A stretch of 63,313 nt of DNA, filler included, from Octopus bimaculoides (taxonomy: Eukaryota): assembly GCF_001194135.2 (NCBI RefSeq). It is 4 parts of 4 records of this genome, joined end to end, with 100 filler letters (N's around TTAATTAATTAA, not from the genome) between each part and the next. Parts side by side here need not be neighbours in the genome. Positions count along the whole stretch, not along the records: positions 33,759 to 63,313 come from NC_068981.1; 3 more parts are not named here. One strand, written 5' to 3'. Position 1 is the stretch's first letter. The number at the start of each line of letters is the position of its first letter. Below, in pieces: positions 37,087 to 50,267 of the stretch. The position numbers were made by a program, and so were the translations under genes. The notes beneath the pieces are model-generated. The model had not been told where the DNA came from. It ran no database searches and saw only the letters and a program-made list of their open reading frames with translations.

Positions 37087-37322
37087 TAAATTAAGTACAT
37101 TATTTTAAAAGCAAATTTGAGAGTAACAATGAAACATTTTAAATTATCCGACATCGTTGTCAAAATAATTCGCGTGAGTAAAACTGACGAATTGTGACAC
37201 AAGGGATGTAGAGACATAACTTTCCCGATGAAACTAAGTAATGTGGTGCGGAGTGAATACATTTGACCACTACTGTCTTGTTCGCTGAGTTATCTGAATG
37301 TAATATATATATATATATATAA

Positions 37323-37362
<40 letters not shown>

Positions 37363-38039
37363 CTACAATTATACACATATATATAACTAGTATGTAATAT
37401 TAATTCTATTTTATTTTCTTTCTTTCTTTTCAGTTCTGGGTGTTGTTGTTGTTGTTGGTTTTTCTATCGAAAAAATGTCTTTCAACAATACTATAATACG
37501 TTGCGAATAAACTCGACTGGATCTACTTCTGAGTACCTGATTGCCTGTCTGCCTAGTAATGACTTGAACCATCCTTAATTCATCAAACGGTAAACTTCAT
37601 ATTTGTTTATATTCGTTTTGAAATTCTCTATGTCTTTTGTTGGTCCACTTCGTTTCTTTCATCCTATTTTCCTAAATTAATTTCTCTCATCTCGCGTATT
37701 TCACTAAAATAGACTTTATATTCGTATCAAATATACTTTCAGTTCTGTTGACAAAGAGTTTGATAACAATATAGTTGAAACGGAAAAAAATTATCAAGTG
37801 TCCTTCGATGCCGATTCAGTCAAACGACATATAAAGATATATCGGATTCATTTAGCGTTCTCATTAGGACCATATCAATCATATTACCAGTCAAGCTGTT
37901 TAATTCTTGAATGACTAATTATGATATTTATAGTAAACCAATTCTAGCCTAATCACAGGGTCAGGCTTTTCCGTAGGAATGAGTATAGTCAGTTAAAGCG
38001 ACTGCACACCTTATCTGTCATCCTTTCCTGCGATCTGTG

Positions 38040-38071
<32 letters not shown>

Positions 38072-38826
38072 NNNNNNNNNNNNNNNNNNNNNNNNNNNNN
38101 NNNNNNNNNNNNNNNNNNNNNNNNNNNNNNNNNNNNNNNNNNNNNNNNNNNNNNNNNNNNNNNNNNNNNNNNNNNNNNNNNNNNNNNNNNNNNNNNNNNN
38201 NNNNNNNNNNNNNNNNNNNNNNNNNNNNNNNNNNNNNNNNNNNNNNNNNNNNNNNNNNNNNNNNNNNNNNNNNNNNNNNNNNNNNNNNNNNNNNNNNNNN
38301 NNNNNNNNNNNNNNNNNNNNNNNNNNNNNNNNNNNNNNNNNNNNNNNNNNNNNNNNNNNNNNNNNNNNNNNNNNNNNNNNNNNNNNNNNNNNNNNNNNNN
38401 NNNNNNNNNNNNNNNNNNNNNNNNNNNNNNNNNNNNNNNNNNNNNNNNNNNNNNNNNNNNNNNNNNNNNNNNNNNNNNNNNNNNNNNNNNNNNNNNNNNN
38501 NNNNNNNNNNNNNNNNNNNNNNNNNNNNNNNNNNNNNNNNNNNNNNNNNNNNNNNNNNNNNNNNNNNNNNNNNNNNNNNNNNNNNNNNNNNNNNNNNNNN
38601 NNNNNNNNNNNNNNNNNNNNNNNNNNNNNNNNNNNNNNNNNNNNNNNNNNNNNNNNNNNNNNNNNNNNNNNNNNNNNNNNNNNNNNNNNNNNNNNNNNNN
38701 NNNNNNNNNNNNNNNNNNNNNNNNNNNNNNNNNNNNNNNNNNNNNNNNNNNNNNNNNNNNNNNNNNNNNNNNNNNNNNNNNNNNNNNNNNNNNNNNNNNN
38801 NNNNNNNNNNNNNNNNNNNNNNNNNN

Positions 38827-38859
<33 letters not shown>

Positions 38860-39709
38860 TAGATAGATAGATAGATAGATACATAGATAGATAGAATGGA
38901 TGTGTATATATGTATGTATATCAACATATAGCTATATGGATGTACGTAATTAAATAATGTTAGTTGCAGACAAAACTAATTAGAATTCCATAAATATACA
39001 AATTTCTTTAGCAAGTAATTATTCTTCTTTCTTTATCTTCCTTTTTTACAATGCATTTCTGTGTTATGTTCTTGACATTCGGTTGCTAATTCAAGCCGGT
39101 CAAACGAGTCCACAGCGGAGGAGCCGATGTGAAGAACTCCATGCGTTTGCTAGAAAATGCAATCATATCTCCCTCGGTTCAGAGTCTCAGAAAAGTACAC
39201 GTTGAAAACTGAGGCTACATTTGCTGCACACAGAAAAAAAGCAAAAAGAAAAAAAACAGGATGTCTCAAAAGTATAATTAATCAGAAGTAACTAGGGACA
39301 AAACCACGCCAACTACGTACAAAACTATTTCGTTGGCTAGTCAACTGAAACTGTAAAATATACCGTTTGGGGAAACTAATGTGTGCCCCAGATTCGTTTC
39401 TCCAACCAGAAGATTAATTAAGCTAAATAACATATATAATGATTAAATGTGATTGTGGGTAATGAAGCTGTTGAGTTTTCCTTGCCCTAATGTTGGGCGA
39501 AAGACACTTATAACTAGGTTAATATGTGAAGATATTATCAATTGCGTGTGAAATGGTATTGGGTGAGAATACTGTAATTATATTCAGATTTGTGTTTCTC
39601 TGTAACTTTTGACTTAAGTTGCCCACTTAGCCCGTTTATTTAATTGGTTTATTAATATTATAATTTAGCCACTTAACTGCTAATATACTTACACAAACAT
39701 CTGTATGTG

Positions 39710-39760
<51 letters not shown>

Positions 39761-40428
39761 GCTCATTCATGATGTATGTATACACTTCTTTACAAAGTCA
39801 TATCACAATATTTAATAACTATATATACTTAGTCAGTTGTGAAATTTGACTTCGTGGTTCAGCCACAGGAATTTTAACAGCTTGAGAAACACAATAAACT
39901 CCAAATCGACGAGGTTCACTTCTCCTTAAATGCTCATCAGGGATTGCTTATCTCCGCTTTCCAAAACAGCGGAAAATAAATATCGTGCCAGGTATTTCGT
40001 CCTAATACTGAAAGAACGATGGTTCTGTGTATATATACCCACAGTTGTTCTACAATTATGTTGAGGAACATACAGCCGCGCGCGCGCACACACATACACA
40101 CACACACACACTTACGTGCGCGCGCATGTTGTATGGGAATGAAACCTACAAATGTTTAAAACAATTTGACTGCGAAAGGAAACCTCATAATTGAATTTTT
40201 GGTTCTTGTTTCAAATTAATAGGTTTAAATTTTCTGGTTTCGTGTTCTACTGAAATTCGTCAGAGATCTTTGATCTTTTTGACGACTGAGCTGCTACAAA
40301 GAAAGCAGTATAGAACTACCAGTGAAGTATGTGTTGAAAAAAGTGCGACATTTAAGTATATGTAAAAATTTCGTCTTCCATATTTATGCATATTCCACGT
40401 TCAAATGGTACGCCAGTTTCTTATATAC

Positions 40429-40496
<68 letters not shown>

Positions 40497-41059
40497 TGAG
40501 TGTAAGTGTGTGTGTTTGCGTGAATATATGCATACACCCATATGCATATAGTAAGCATAATTTTGTGTGTAAATAAGCAGTTTTCAAGTAGCCAATTAAT
40601 TAAATATTTATTTTTTAAACAACCTTAAACCAGCATTGCTTTGAGCATTTCTTTACGATGTTGAGTAGAAATATTAAGTGTAGGGAAGTTGTTGACGAAG
40701 AAGGAAGAAAAAAAAATAGAAATAGTAGATGGGAAATATGTTGTTTAAAATTGAACAGAGGAATTGAGAAGCCAGAATAGGATGTAAAGGGAAGATTAAT
40801 AATAATAAAAATATTTTGTTTTCATTTTCTTGATATACTATTAATAATAATAATGATAAGACTTATATTTAATTTGCTACCAGGGTACATGCAATAACGT
40901 GTCGCAGAAGCGTTTTCAGGGAGTGTAGAAATGTACATAGGATATGAAAAAAAATGGGTTTGGCCAAATATCATAGACTTACAGAATCTAGACTAAATTC
41001 TGTATAAATACGGTTAGAATTCATGAATATGAATACACGTACCTAATCAAAACAGACGT

Positions 41060-41430
41060 TGTCGTGTATGTATGGTAGAGGCTTAGGTGTCAGGATGTTG
41101 GACTCTTGCTCGTTAGATTGTGCTTTCGATTCATGGTCCTGGCGACGAGCAGAGTTCTTGAGCAAAACATTCATTTCACATTACTTCAGTCTACTTAATT
41201 GACAAAAATAGGTAATCCTGCGACAAATATACGCGTGAGAAATATACGCGCCAGCATCCCGTGCGGGTCAGGAATATATACGCCAGCGTCCTGTTGAGGT
41301 GGGAAATATAGACGCCAGCGTCCCATCCAGGTTAGGAATATATACGCTAACAACCGTAGAGGTGGGGGAATATATACGCCAGGGAAATTGGGAAACCGCC
41401 CCTATGAGTTTATATGGCTCGGAATGGAAC
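41060..41430 (+). mobile_element. Old tRNA-headed SINE (Meta-domain-like) with an internal ~32-bp tandem expansion
   Basis: TGGTAGAGGCTTAGGTGTCAG head, TTTCGATTCATGG B-box-like motif, GTTCTTGAGCAAAACA, AATCCTGCGAC, then repeated CCAGCGTCCCATCCAGG-like units and GGGAAACCGCCCCTATGAG. The domain name is recalled. Confidence 0.6.
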
Positions 41431-42461
41431 TTTGCTTTTTACTTTCTGTGTGTTTGTTTGTTTGTGCGCGCGTGTCTGTATGAACGAAACAGCCATTTGA
41501 ACTACATATGATTGTTCTATCGTTTACATTTTCTTCTAAATGAGATATCATTCCCTTTTGAATCAGGACATTATCTTTTCCTTCATCATGCACGTCATTC
41601 TGGATGTTCTTTACCTTTTTCTTTTTTCGGGTCGTAAAACACTTCACGTTGACTTACAATGTGTTCCTTCGTTTATTTCACTTGTCTTTGGTAAGGACTT
41701 GTTCTTTTATCATTTCTGTCTTTCATTCGCTGATTGCCTTGAATGGTCTTCCATTCCTTTTCAGCCTTGTCATCATTCGGAAACAGCAGAGTGGTACTAT
41801 ACACGACTTCTTGCTCACCGGTTTCTAGCTCTGATTTTCAAAGGAATATCGACAAATGTTTTCTTGAAACATGAGCTACGTTTGCTAGCTCAGCTGCTAC
41901 ACAACTCTCTCTCTGTCTCTATCTCTCTCACTCTCTCTTCCTCTCTATCTATCTATCTCTCAGGTTCTCTCTCTATCAATCTCTATCTCTATATTTCTGT
42001 CTTTCTCCCTCCCTTCTTCCTCCCTTCCTTCTGCCTTGCGTCGGAAGTTTCACCTCGTGGCCTTCTTATAATACTGAGCTGATTCATATCTCCCCCCCCC
42101 ACACACAAATAACACATATTCCCAAATACATATAACAAAATTGCACGTTCTTCACTGCATCAGCAATTAATAGTTTCGTTCGGTACCCAAGATATAATAA
42201 TATCCAGTTTAACTTTCTGGTCTTTCGGATTCATTAACGCTTGCATTTCCAACACAGTCAGACAGTATCCTTTCAATCACATAATGTTTCTTGTTACTCC
42301 TTCCCTCACTTGTGTGTACTATAACGCAAAGATGACTACGAGCCAAAATCGAACATCGTTTCTGATGTCCCAAGCTATGACTCTTGTACTCCATCTCACC
42401 TATAATTTACAGCACCAGCCTTTGGATAATTTTGTGGCTCATAAACTCAGTTCGTCATATT

Positions 42462-42745
42462 GCCTGACAGACGAAAGACCACTAAGCATTTCGCCCGGCG
42501 TGCTAACGTTTCTTGCCAGCTCGCTGCCTCCATAATGATGATAATAATAATCCTTTCCACTACAGGGACAATGCCTAAAATTTTGGAGATGTCAAGTCGA
42601 TTACGCCGAGCTCCAGTGTTCAACTGGTACTTATTTCATCGAGCCCGAAAAGATGAAAGGTACTCGGGGCATTTCAACTCAGATCGTATAATATCAAAAG
42701 AATTGCCGCTAAGCATATCTTCCAGCATGCTAACGACTGTACCTG
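42462..42745 (-). mobile_element. Two Nin/Deu-like SINE pieces (head 42462-42525; older copy 42552-42745) separated by an (AAT/GAT)n tract
   Basis: CTAAGCATTTCGCCCGGCGTGCTAACGTTTCTTGCCAGCTCGC and AACTGGTACTTATTTCATCGAGCCCGAAAAGATGAAAGG match the 20018-20238 copy. Confidence 0.7.
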
Positions 42746-45700
42746 TTAACTGACTCCATAATAATAATGATAATGATTGTAATTGTGATGGGCAGAAGGA
42801 GGAAAATAATTTTTTTAAAGTCAATGTAAGTTTTGGAGGCGAATTTGAATATTGACAGTCTTCCATTGATAGCAACAACCTCTGCACATCAGAGTTCAAG
42901 CCATGACCATCGTATCCTCTTTTCATATATAATATATTGTAATTAAGAATATTTTATTTATTGTGATTTTACTTTTATTTAAGGTGATATTTAATTGGAG
43001 TGAAAGCGATTTTGTGGCCGTATTTAGTAGGTCGTATGAGCAGATATATTCTTTTGCTACTGTTTATGAAATTGGTGATGGTTAGGCGCGTTAGGTCTCT
43101 GCATGATGGTCATAATGATAATTATGAGAATGTTAGTGATGATGGGGAAAAGGAAGAGGAAAAGTAGAAGGATAAGCAGATCATATAACTATGAAGAAGA
43201 TTGTAATAACGATGATGATGATAATAAGTTGGGGGAGAAGGCATGATGAACGACTAGAGAAATTATACCAATAAAAAGAAAAAGTAATTAAAAGAGAAAA
43301 TGCAATTGAAGGGGAACAGAAAGAAGAACGATGAGGTAGAGATGGAGGTGTAAGAGGGAAAAGAAAACGATAAATGAAAGGAGCATTAGTGAGAGAAAAT
43401 CCTACGGGATTTATATCACTTAAACATGAAATCTAAATAAAATTAAAAACCAAAATGAAAAACTGAAAACTATAAATCAAAATCTTAAAAGAAATTTGAA
43501 TACAGAGGCTTAGATATTTATCTCAACTTATAAAGGGAATTGGAAATTCTATCAGATATCAGAAGTTGAAATCTCTTGAGATGTGTTCGAAACCTTTTAA
43601 TGGTTTATTAATAGGTGGAGCCGTAATCAGCAGAAGTGTCAGAAACATGTTGTAGAAGACGGTAATTAAAAACAGGTGTAAAGTTTATTTGGATTGTGAG
43701 AGATTCCTACTAAGCGAATTTGATTACTTTTCTTGTTGTTTTTGTTGAGTTTATTATTGCTGTTATTAATATTGCTGTTAGTGGCATTGAGGTAGTGATA
43801 ATGGCAGTAAGTGTAGCAGCAGCAGCATACTCTTCATCATCATCATCATCATTATCAAACAGTGGTATTAGTTGCAGTAATAGTAGGAATTTGATTATTT
43901 CAAAATTTTACTTCGTTTTACAGTGCCTATATAGTTTAATTTTACAGAGATGAGAAAACAACAATAGAAGAGAAAGAATCGCATATTGGAAATAAAAAAA
44001 TGCTGAAATACACACTATCTCATACATTTATATACTCGTATACAGACACACACACACACACATGCACGCGCGTACACAAACACTCACACTGTTTATGAAA
44101 TCATTTTCTTGTGACTCGTCGTAAATGCAGTTTGGTTTAAATACGCGATGCGCAATAACAGATGAATCGAGTCTTCTTCATTTGTTTGCCAGAGATCAAT
44201 GATTGAATACACTATATATATATACATATANNNNNNNNNNNNNNNNNNNNNNNNNNNNNNNNNNNNNNNNNNNNNNNNNNNNNNNNNNNNNNNNNNNNNN
44301 NNNNNNNNNNNNNNNNNNNNNNNNNNNNNNTATATATGTATATGTATATATACAAGAACGTAGATGTGAAGCGGAATCAACTTGAATTATCAGAAATGCT
44401 TCTTTTGCGTATATTTTCTTTTGTAACGCGTGTGTAAAATAAATTTAGATATGAGACGTTTAGATAATATAATATATCCTATCGTGTATATAAAATGTAA
44501 CAGGTTTTAAATATGTCACTAGATTTATGCATTAACCATCGCATGAATATTGAGAGCTCGTCTCTTAAATGACACCTCAACAATTGTGAGAATACAAAAT
44601 GTTGATTGTGGTTCATGTCAATGTCTTCGACAAAAATGTTAGTAAATTAGTTATTTAAGAACTGATACATATTATTAGGTATCTGCAACAAAAAATTGGT
44701 ATCATTTTCTCGACTGTGAATAATGTATTTCAAGATTTGAATATTGAAAGCCAATAATTTCTTGCTATATCAAGGTATTCGTCTCATGTCAATATAGTTT
44801 TGGTGTCATTTACAGTATATTACACAATTGCCAATTTTCCAATTCAAGTTTTGGGCTCAGTAATGTTGAAGTATTGCACGAAACTACTTTTCTCTAGCAT
44901 TGAATTATTAGAGGTCTGTCATTACCTTCACGTTTATATACTGAGCATGACGAAATTACTAGAAAGATCGGCGTGATATGTCAATCTGTTAGTAATTAAG
45001 TACAACAAATCTTTATTTACGTACCCAACTACTGGTCTTTCAGAACACTAGGGTTCCGCGTGAAAGAGGATAAATTGACTAATTAACTAATTTTAAAAAA
45101 TCATTTTGTGGTTATTTGTATATTGTTAATTTTTGTTATAGACACTGCACACTGTTTTGCCTAGGCAAATCCTTTCACCTGTACTTAGGAGACACTATGG
45201 CAAAACGAATCATATAAAATGGTACAGCAGAGGCAGTTTGTCTGCATAAGTTCTTGGGTAAAACGAAATCTTGTAAATCTGTTTCATTTTCTATGGCGTC
45301 TAATGGATTTAGTATCACCAAACCGTCAGTGGAGGCCCTGTTACTGTTGTTTTTGTTGTTGTTGTTGTTGTTGTTTATCACTCATGATCTAAGGATAATG
45401 AGTTCGAATACAGGACTAGTTGGCACGTTGTGTTCATGAACAAAACGCTTCATTTCTTGTTGCTCTAGTGCCCTGTGAGGAACAGCTTTTCGAAGAATGG
45501 ACCCAGAGTTTCGTCTGCTTACCGTACAACATGACTAAAAGTAGTTGAGGTCGGATTTGCATTCCAACCCCGTAAAACCGTCGCTATCAACTATTCAAAC
45601 AGCTCCATGGAAAAAAAAAAACACAATTTTTGGTTGATATTAATACCAATTAAACATTAGCATCCTTAAAATCAACATTGAGTAAAAGAAATATAGCGAA

Positions 45701-48700
45701 AATCAATGCACGTGATGGTAAAAATGTCTCATCCTTCGTGCATATTCTTCCGTGTTTCTCAAATTATTCACATTGAAGACTTATAATTTCTAAAAGAGAG
45801 AAGTCACTCAATTTCCACCAGAAATCGATTTATAGTTAATAAACTTCTAAGTATATTTAAGGCCAATAGGAAATTATCAATTCCATGGTGGGCGTCCTTT
45901 AAGCATAAGATGTGTTTGATAGATTCTCCAAGAATAAAATATTTGGGGATAATTGCGCCGTAAAATCGCTAATATCTTGAGGAAAGACACTCTTCATGAT
46001 TCAGTTGTGTATAGACTAAACCTAAAAAGAAACAAATAAACAAGAAGATGGAAAATAGTTATGGAAGGTATGGCTTTTTCCGTGATTCTCACACATATGA
46101 AAAACATCTGATATGGTGATAAATAGAAATAACAAGACAATAATTTATTAAAGCTTAATTTCTTTTCTCGATTATTTTGTGATACATCCATATAAACAAA
46201 CTTTACATTTTTCCGCCAGGATGTACCATATCTCGTAGGAGGAAATTTAAATGCAAATAAACTTGGAAAGTAAATAACAGTTGAGACAGATAGTCACTCA
46301 TAGACTAACCAAATCATTTAGATTACGTCAGTTACTTTTGATGTCTAACAAGTGCAAATTACATTTACACCAATTTTATCCCGGACTAAACTTTTAATGT
46401 ATCCTGCATTATTTTGCTTTTTAACAGTAAGGTGTGCAATTTGAGGGATATTTGTTTGCTACTTCAAGCATATCACCGGTCGAGTACAGGCTCTTTATGT
46501 ATTAGTGGGAAGCGTGAGGATCGATTGAAATCGATGCTACCACTTCTTAACAACAAATCTGTGTTCATGTACCATTGTAAGAAATCGATATAAAGTAAAA
46601 TGATCACTTGTATGGTGTCCAAAGAAATATATTGAGAAAAAATATTGTTTCACTAATTGCTAACAAATTACACTTTCGATCTAATGAGGTAAACTTTTGT
46701 TGATGTTTAGCTCCAAGTCAAACATGATCGAGCATGATACGTGATCAAAGGATTTGCTGATGGGCCCCTCATATATAAGATTATATAGTAACTGATGCAT
46801 AATTTCCTTACTGCAGCAAAGCTTAATGATTTGCGAGAAACTTAGCTGCTATAAATAGAAGGTCCAGAAACTCTCGCGAGATTTTACTTTTGCGTTGTCG
46901 AGTTGATGTTCTTTCTACAGGGATTAATTGTTACTGTGCACTAGTTGCTTCCGGAATCTTACCGGGAAGGTCCGCAACACCATGCATCTTTGCAATAGAA
47001 TATAACATATACTCAGACATATTTAAGCAGCTATATATCGTAACTTGGACATATCTCATATATAGTAGGAGCATCAATTAGTTTCCTTTTCACTTTCACG
47101 TTTAAAGAACAGTTGGAATTTCGGGGTATGGTAAAATCATATATAAAACAAAACAACAAAATCATTCCAAATGATATGAGTGGACAATCCTAACACAGCG
47201 AAATAATAGCTAAGCGAAGAGAAAATTTCTTTGTTATGGGAGTATGATATATCTCTCTCGACTCAAGCATTTTGACGTAATATTTACTATCCTGAAAAAT
47301 AGGTGAGTGAAACTAAAACATTTAACCGGTCCTGTCATGCTGCATATCTCCCAATGTATGCAGAGTCGTGCATTGAAGAAAGTCACTGAACAATCATGCA
47401 GTTTTCGATTCCGACATACGTTTCAGCTCCTTATGCAAGCCTATGTCATGGTAAATAGTAGAATCAAAATCAAATTGTAATGATATTCAATATTCATGAT
47501 TAGTGAACATAAACATAGATAAATTTTAGATAAAATATTTAACAATGAATTTGTTTTTGCATACTGTCCACCTATCTACACATGTCCCTGTCAATGCACA
47601 TACTTTCTAACCTATAGAAGTAAACTTTGATATCAACTCCGATTGCTTAGACTATGTAGACAATTCTGAAACCAAGGTTGCTGAAGTAAAAATGTAGAAG
47701 CTTCTGAAATTAATTTTCCTTGAGGAGAGAAACATGACCTATCACCTTGATTATTACAAGAAAGTCGGACCTCGACGCTTTTATGGCATCCATTGTATTG
47801 TACAACTTTGAATCTAATATCCAGATGTGCCTTCTCAATCACGCCTACAGTCTTGAACGTCACGCCAAGAAAGGGTCATTTGTATTGTTCTTCTTCATGT
47901 CTCAGTTCTAAGAATTGGAATAAAATATATTAGCTACAAATAAAGAAATATACCTGATTACACATATTCATACAACCATATACACCTTTAGATACATAGA
48001 TACATACATATATATGTGTGTGTATATATACATATNNNNNNNNNNNNNNNNNNNNNNNNNNNNNNNNNNNNNNNNNNNNNNNNNNNNNNNNNNNNNNNNN
48101 NNNNNNNNNNNATATATATATATATATATATACACACAAATAAATATATATATTATGTATGTATGTTTGGATAGATAAATAGATAGATAGATACATACGT
48201 ACATACACATCCCTGCAAGCATTACCGTTCGTTACAGCTGAAGAAATCGTTTCACCTATAAACCGTACTGAATTCACCTAGTCAAGCAAAATCCGTCACC
48301 TTTAACTATGTCCTAACAAGGGCTGCAAGAAGAACCCATTCTGTTCAGACTAATAGGAAGAAAAAGAACAGGTTATTAAATCTGGCAGTAATAATCAGGC
48401 TGAAGACATCCATCCCTGCCATTCGTTTATAATAAATTTCCTCCAGCAAACTAAAGATAAGATATTCAGTCGGCGTAGAGAGGAAAGCCATATGTTACGA
48501 AGCTGGAGAAAATAAATAATGAGTCAGACAGACGGTCACTCGCAGACACTAAACAAATCAGATAAACTGCATCAGCCACCACCGAGGTCTAATAATAGAA
48601 TCAACCAGCGCCATACCATTTACACCATGTACACAGTCAGACTTGGCCGAAACACCTTTCATCGGCACAAACATTTCACTAACACTTCAACCCTTCCATT

Positions 48701-48947
48701 CCTGCAGGCATCCACTAACATGATCTGGTAAAGTGCCAAATACATCTTCACATAAGCACTCTGGTCCTCTGCCCTCACCTTTCAACCGGTTCAAAGATGG
48801 AAGGTGTGCGGCCGCTTTGAGCTGAGTGTATGGTGCGGTGAGGATAGCGGTGTGAGCATTCTAAAGAATTAAATTATTTGTAATATTGATACTAGCAGGG
48901 GAATGTCTGCACACACGTTTACAAACTTATGCAATAGACGCGTAGAT

Positions 48948-49010
<63 letters not shown>

Positions 49011-49717
49011 CGGGTATGGAAGTACATGGAAGAGCACAAACATATTACAAAACAGCTGTCATATGATCAGCTTTATCAACATTGCCAAACATTCAACACA
49101 CATAGGAAAGATAGCTTAAGAGTGTTGGTTAGTGTAGATGTAATCAATCTTTGTATCAGTGCATATGTGGCACATGCAAACACAGACACACGCTTCCGCA
49201 CTCAAACAGACACATATGTACACAAAACGCAAATACTCAGTCACACGAAATGCATGTTCATATTCTGATTTACATTTATGCATACAGATTCTTCGTGACT
49301 CTAATGTTATAGAAATACACGCAAATACAAAAATATGCGTACACAAACATCCATCAATATGTATGTGTACATCCCCTAACACATGTGTGTGTGTGTGTGA
49401 ATATACGTTTTTAAGCATGGTGTATGTCTGTTCCAATATTCATGAGTAAATATGCTATTTCTCATAAGCTGAAAATCTGTACTAGAACGCAAGCTAAGCA
49501 CATATGAGCCAAATAGATACAGCAACAAAGATTAAATTTATATACTGTACTATGTAGTACTACTTGAGAAAAATATAGGTAAAGATAATAAAATATGTAG
49601 GCAACTGTATTTAAATATGTATGTCATAGCATTTAGTATACATTTATAGAAACAACGGAGTGCTCAATAAATGCAAAGGTCTAAAGCTATCAAATTTCAA
49701 TGTAATATATGTACACA

Positions 49718-49788
<71 letters not shown>

Positions 49789-50183
49789 TGCGAAACCGTA
49801 TGTTGCAATATGCATTGTTATATTTCGAGATGGTAATTTTTTTTTTTTTGCGAAATAAACATACGCACTATACATTCTTCGTTGACTCGTTTATTACTAT
49901 TCTTATTTTAACTAATTTCCATTGTCTGGAAATCTTAATTCACACATCTGCGACTTCTACTGCGATCCTTTGCGTCCGTGTGTATGCATCATCCTGCTCT
50001 TGTTAGTTCATTCTCTGGATGGAAAGGGTCGCGGAAGTGGTTGCAGGTGTATGAAGTAAGATTTTCGGACAATAGACATCATTTAAAATTTAAATTACAA
50101 ACAATAATGGCGGCTCACCATAAGTAAATTACGGAAGAGGCGCGCTAAGCAGTGATAAGTGAAATTGCAATGGTATTATCGGT

Positions 50184-50267
50184 CCGAATATGCTTAATGT
50201 ACGTTCGAACTGGGGAACAAGCTTGAGTAGCTTGCTCCCTAGTTCGAGTCTGCATCAAACATTTGGG
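50184..50267 (+). ncRNA. Candidate pri/pre-miRNA-like hairpin (unverified)
   Basis: 50197-50223 pairs with 50229-50255: 27 positions with 2 mismatches and 4 G-U pairs. Looser pairing extends to about 50184/50267. No match to any miRNA I recognise. Confidence 0.3.

Noticed and set aside
41239-41380. CRISPR-like repeat-spacer appearance
   Set aside because: Eukaryotic context, degenerate ~13-bp repeats, mutually related spacers and no cas genes; it is a minisatellite.
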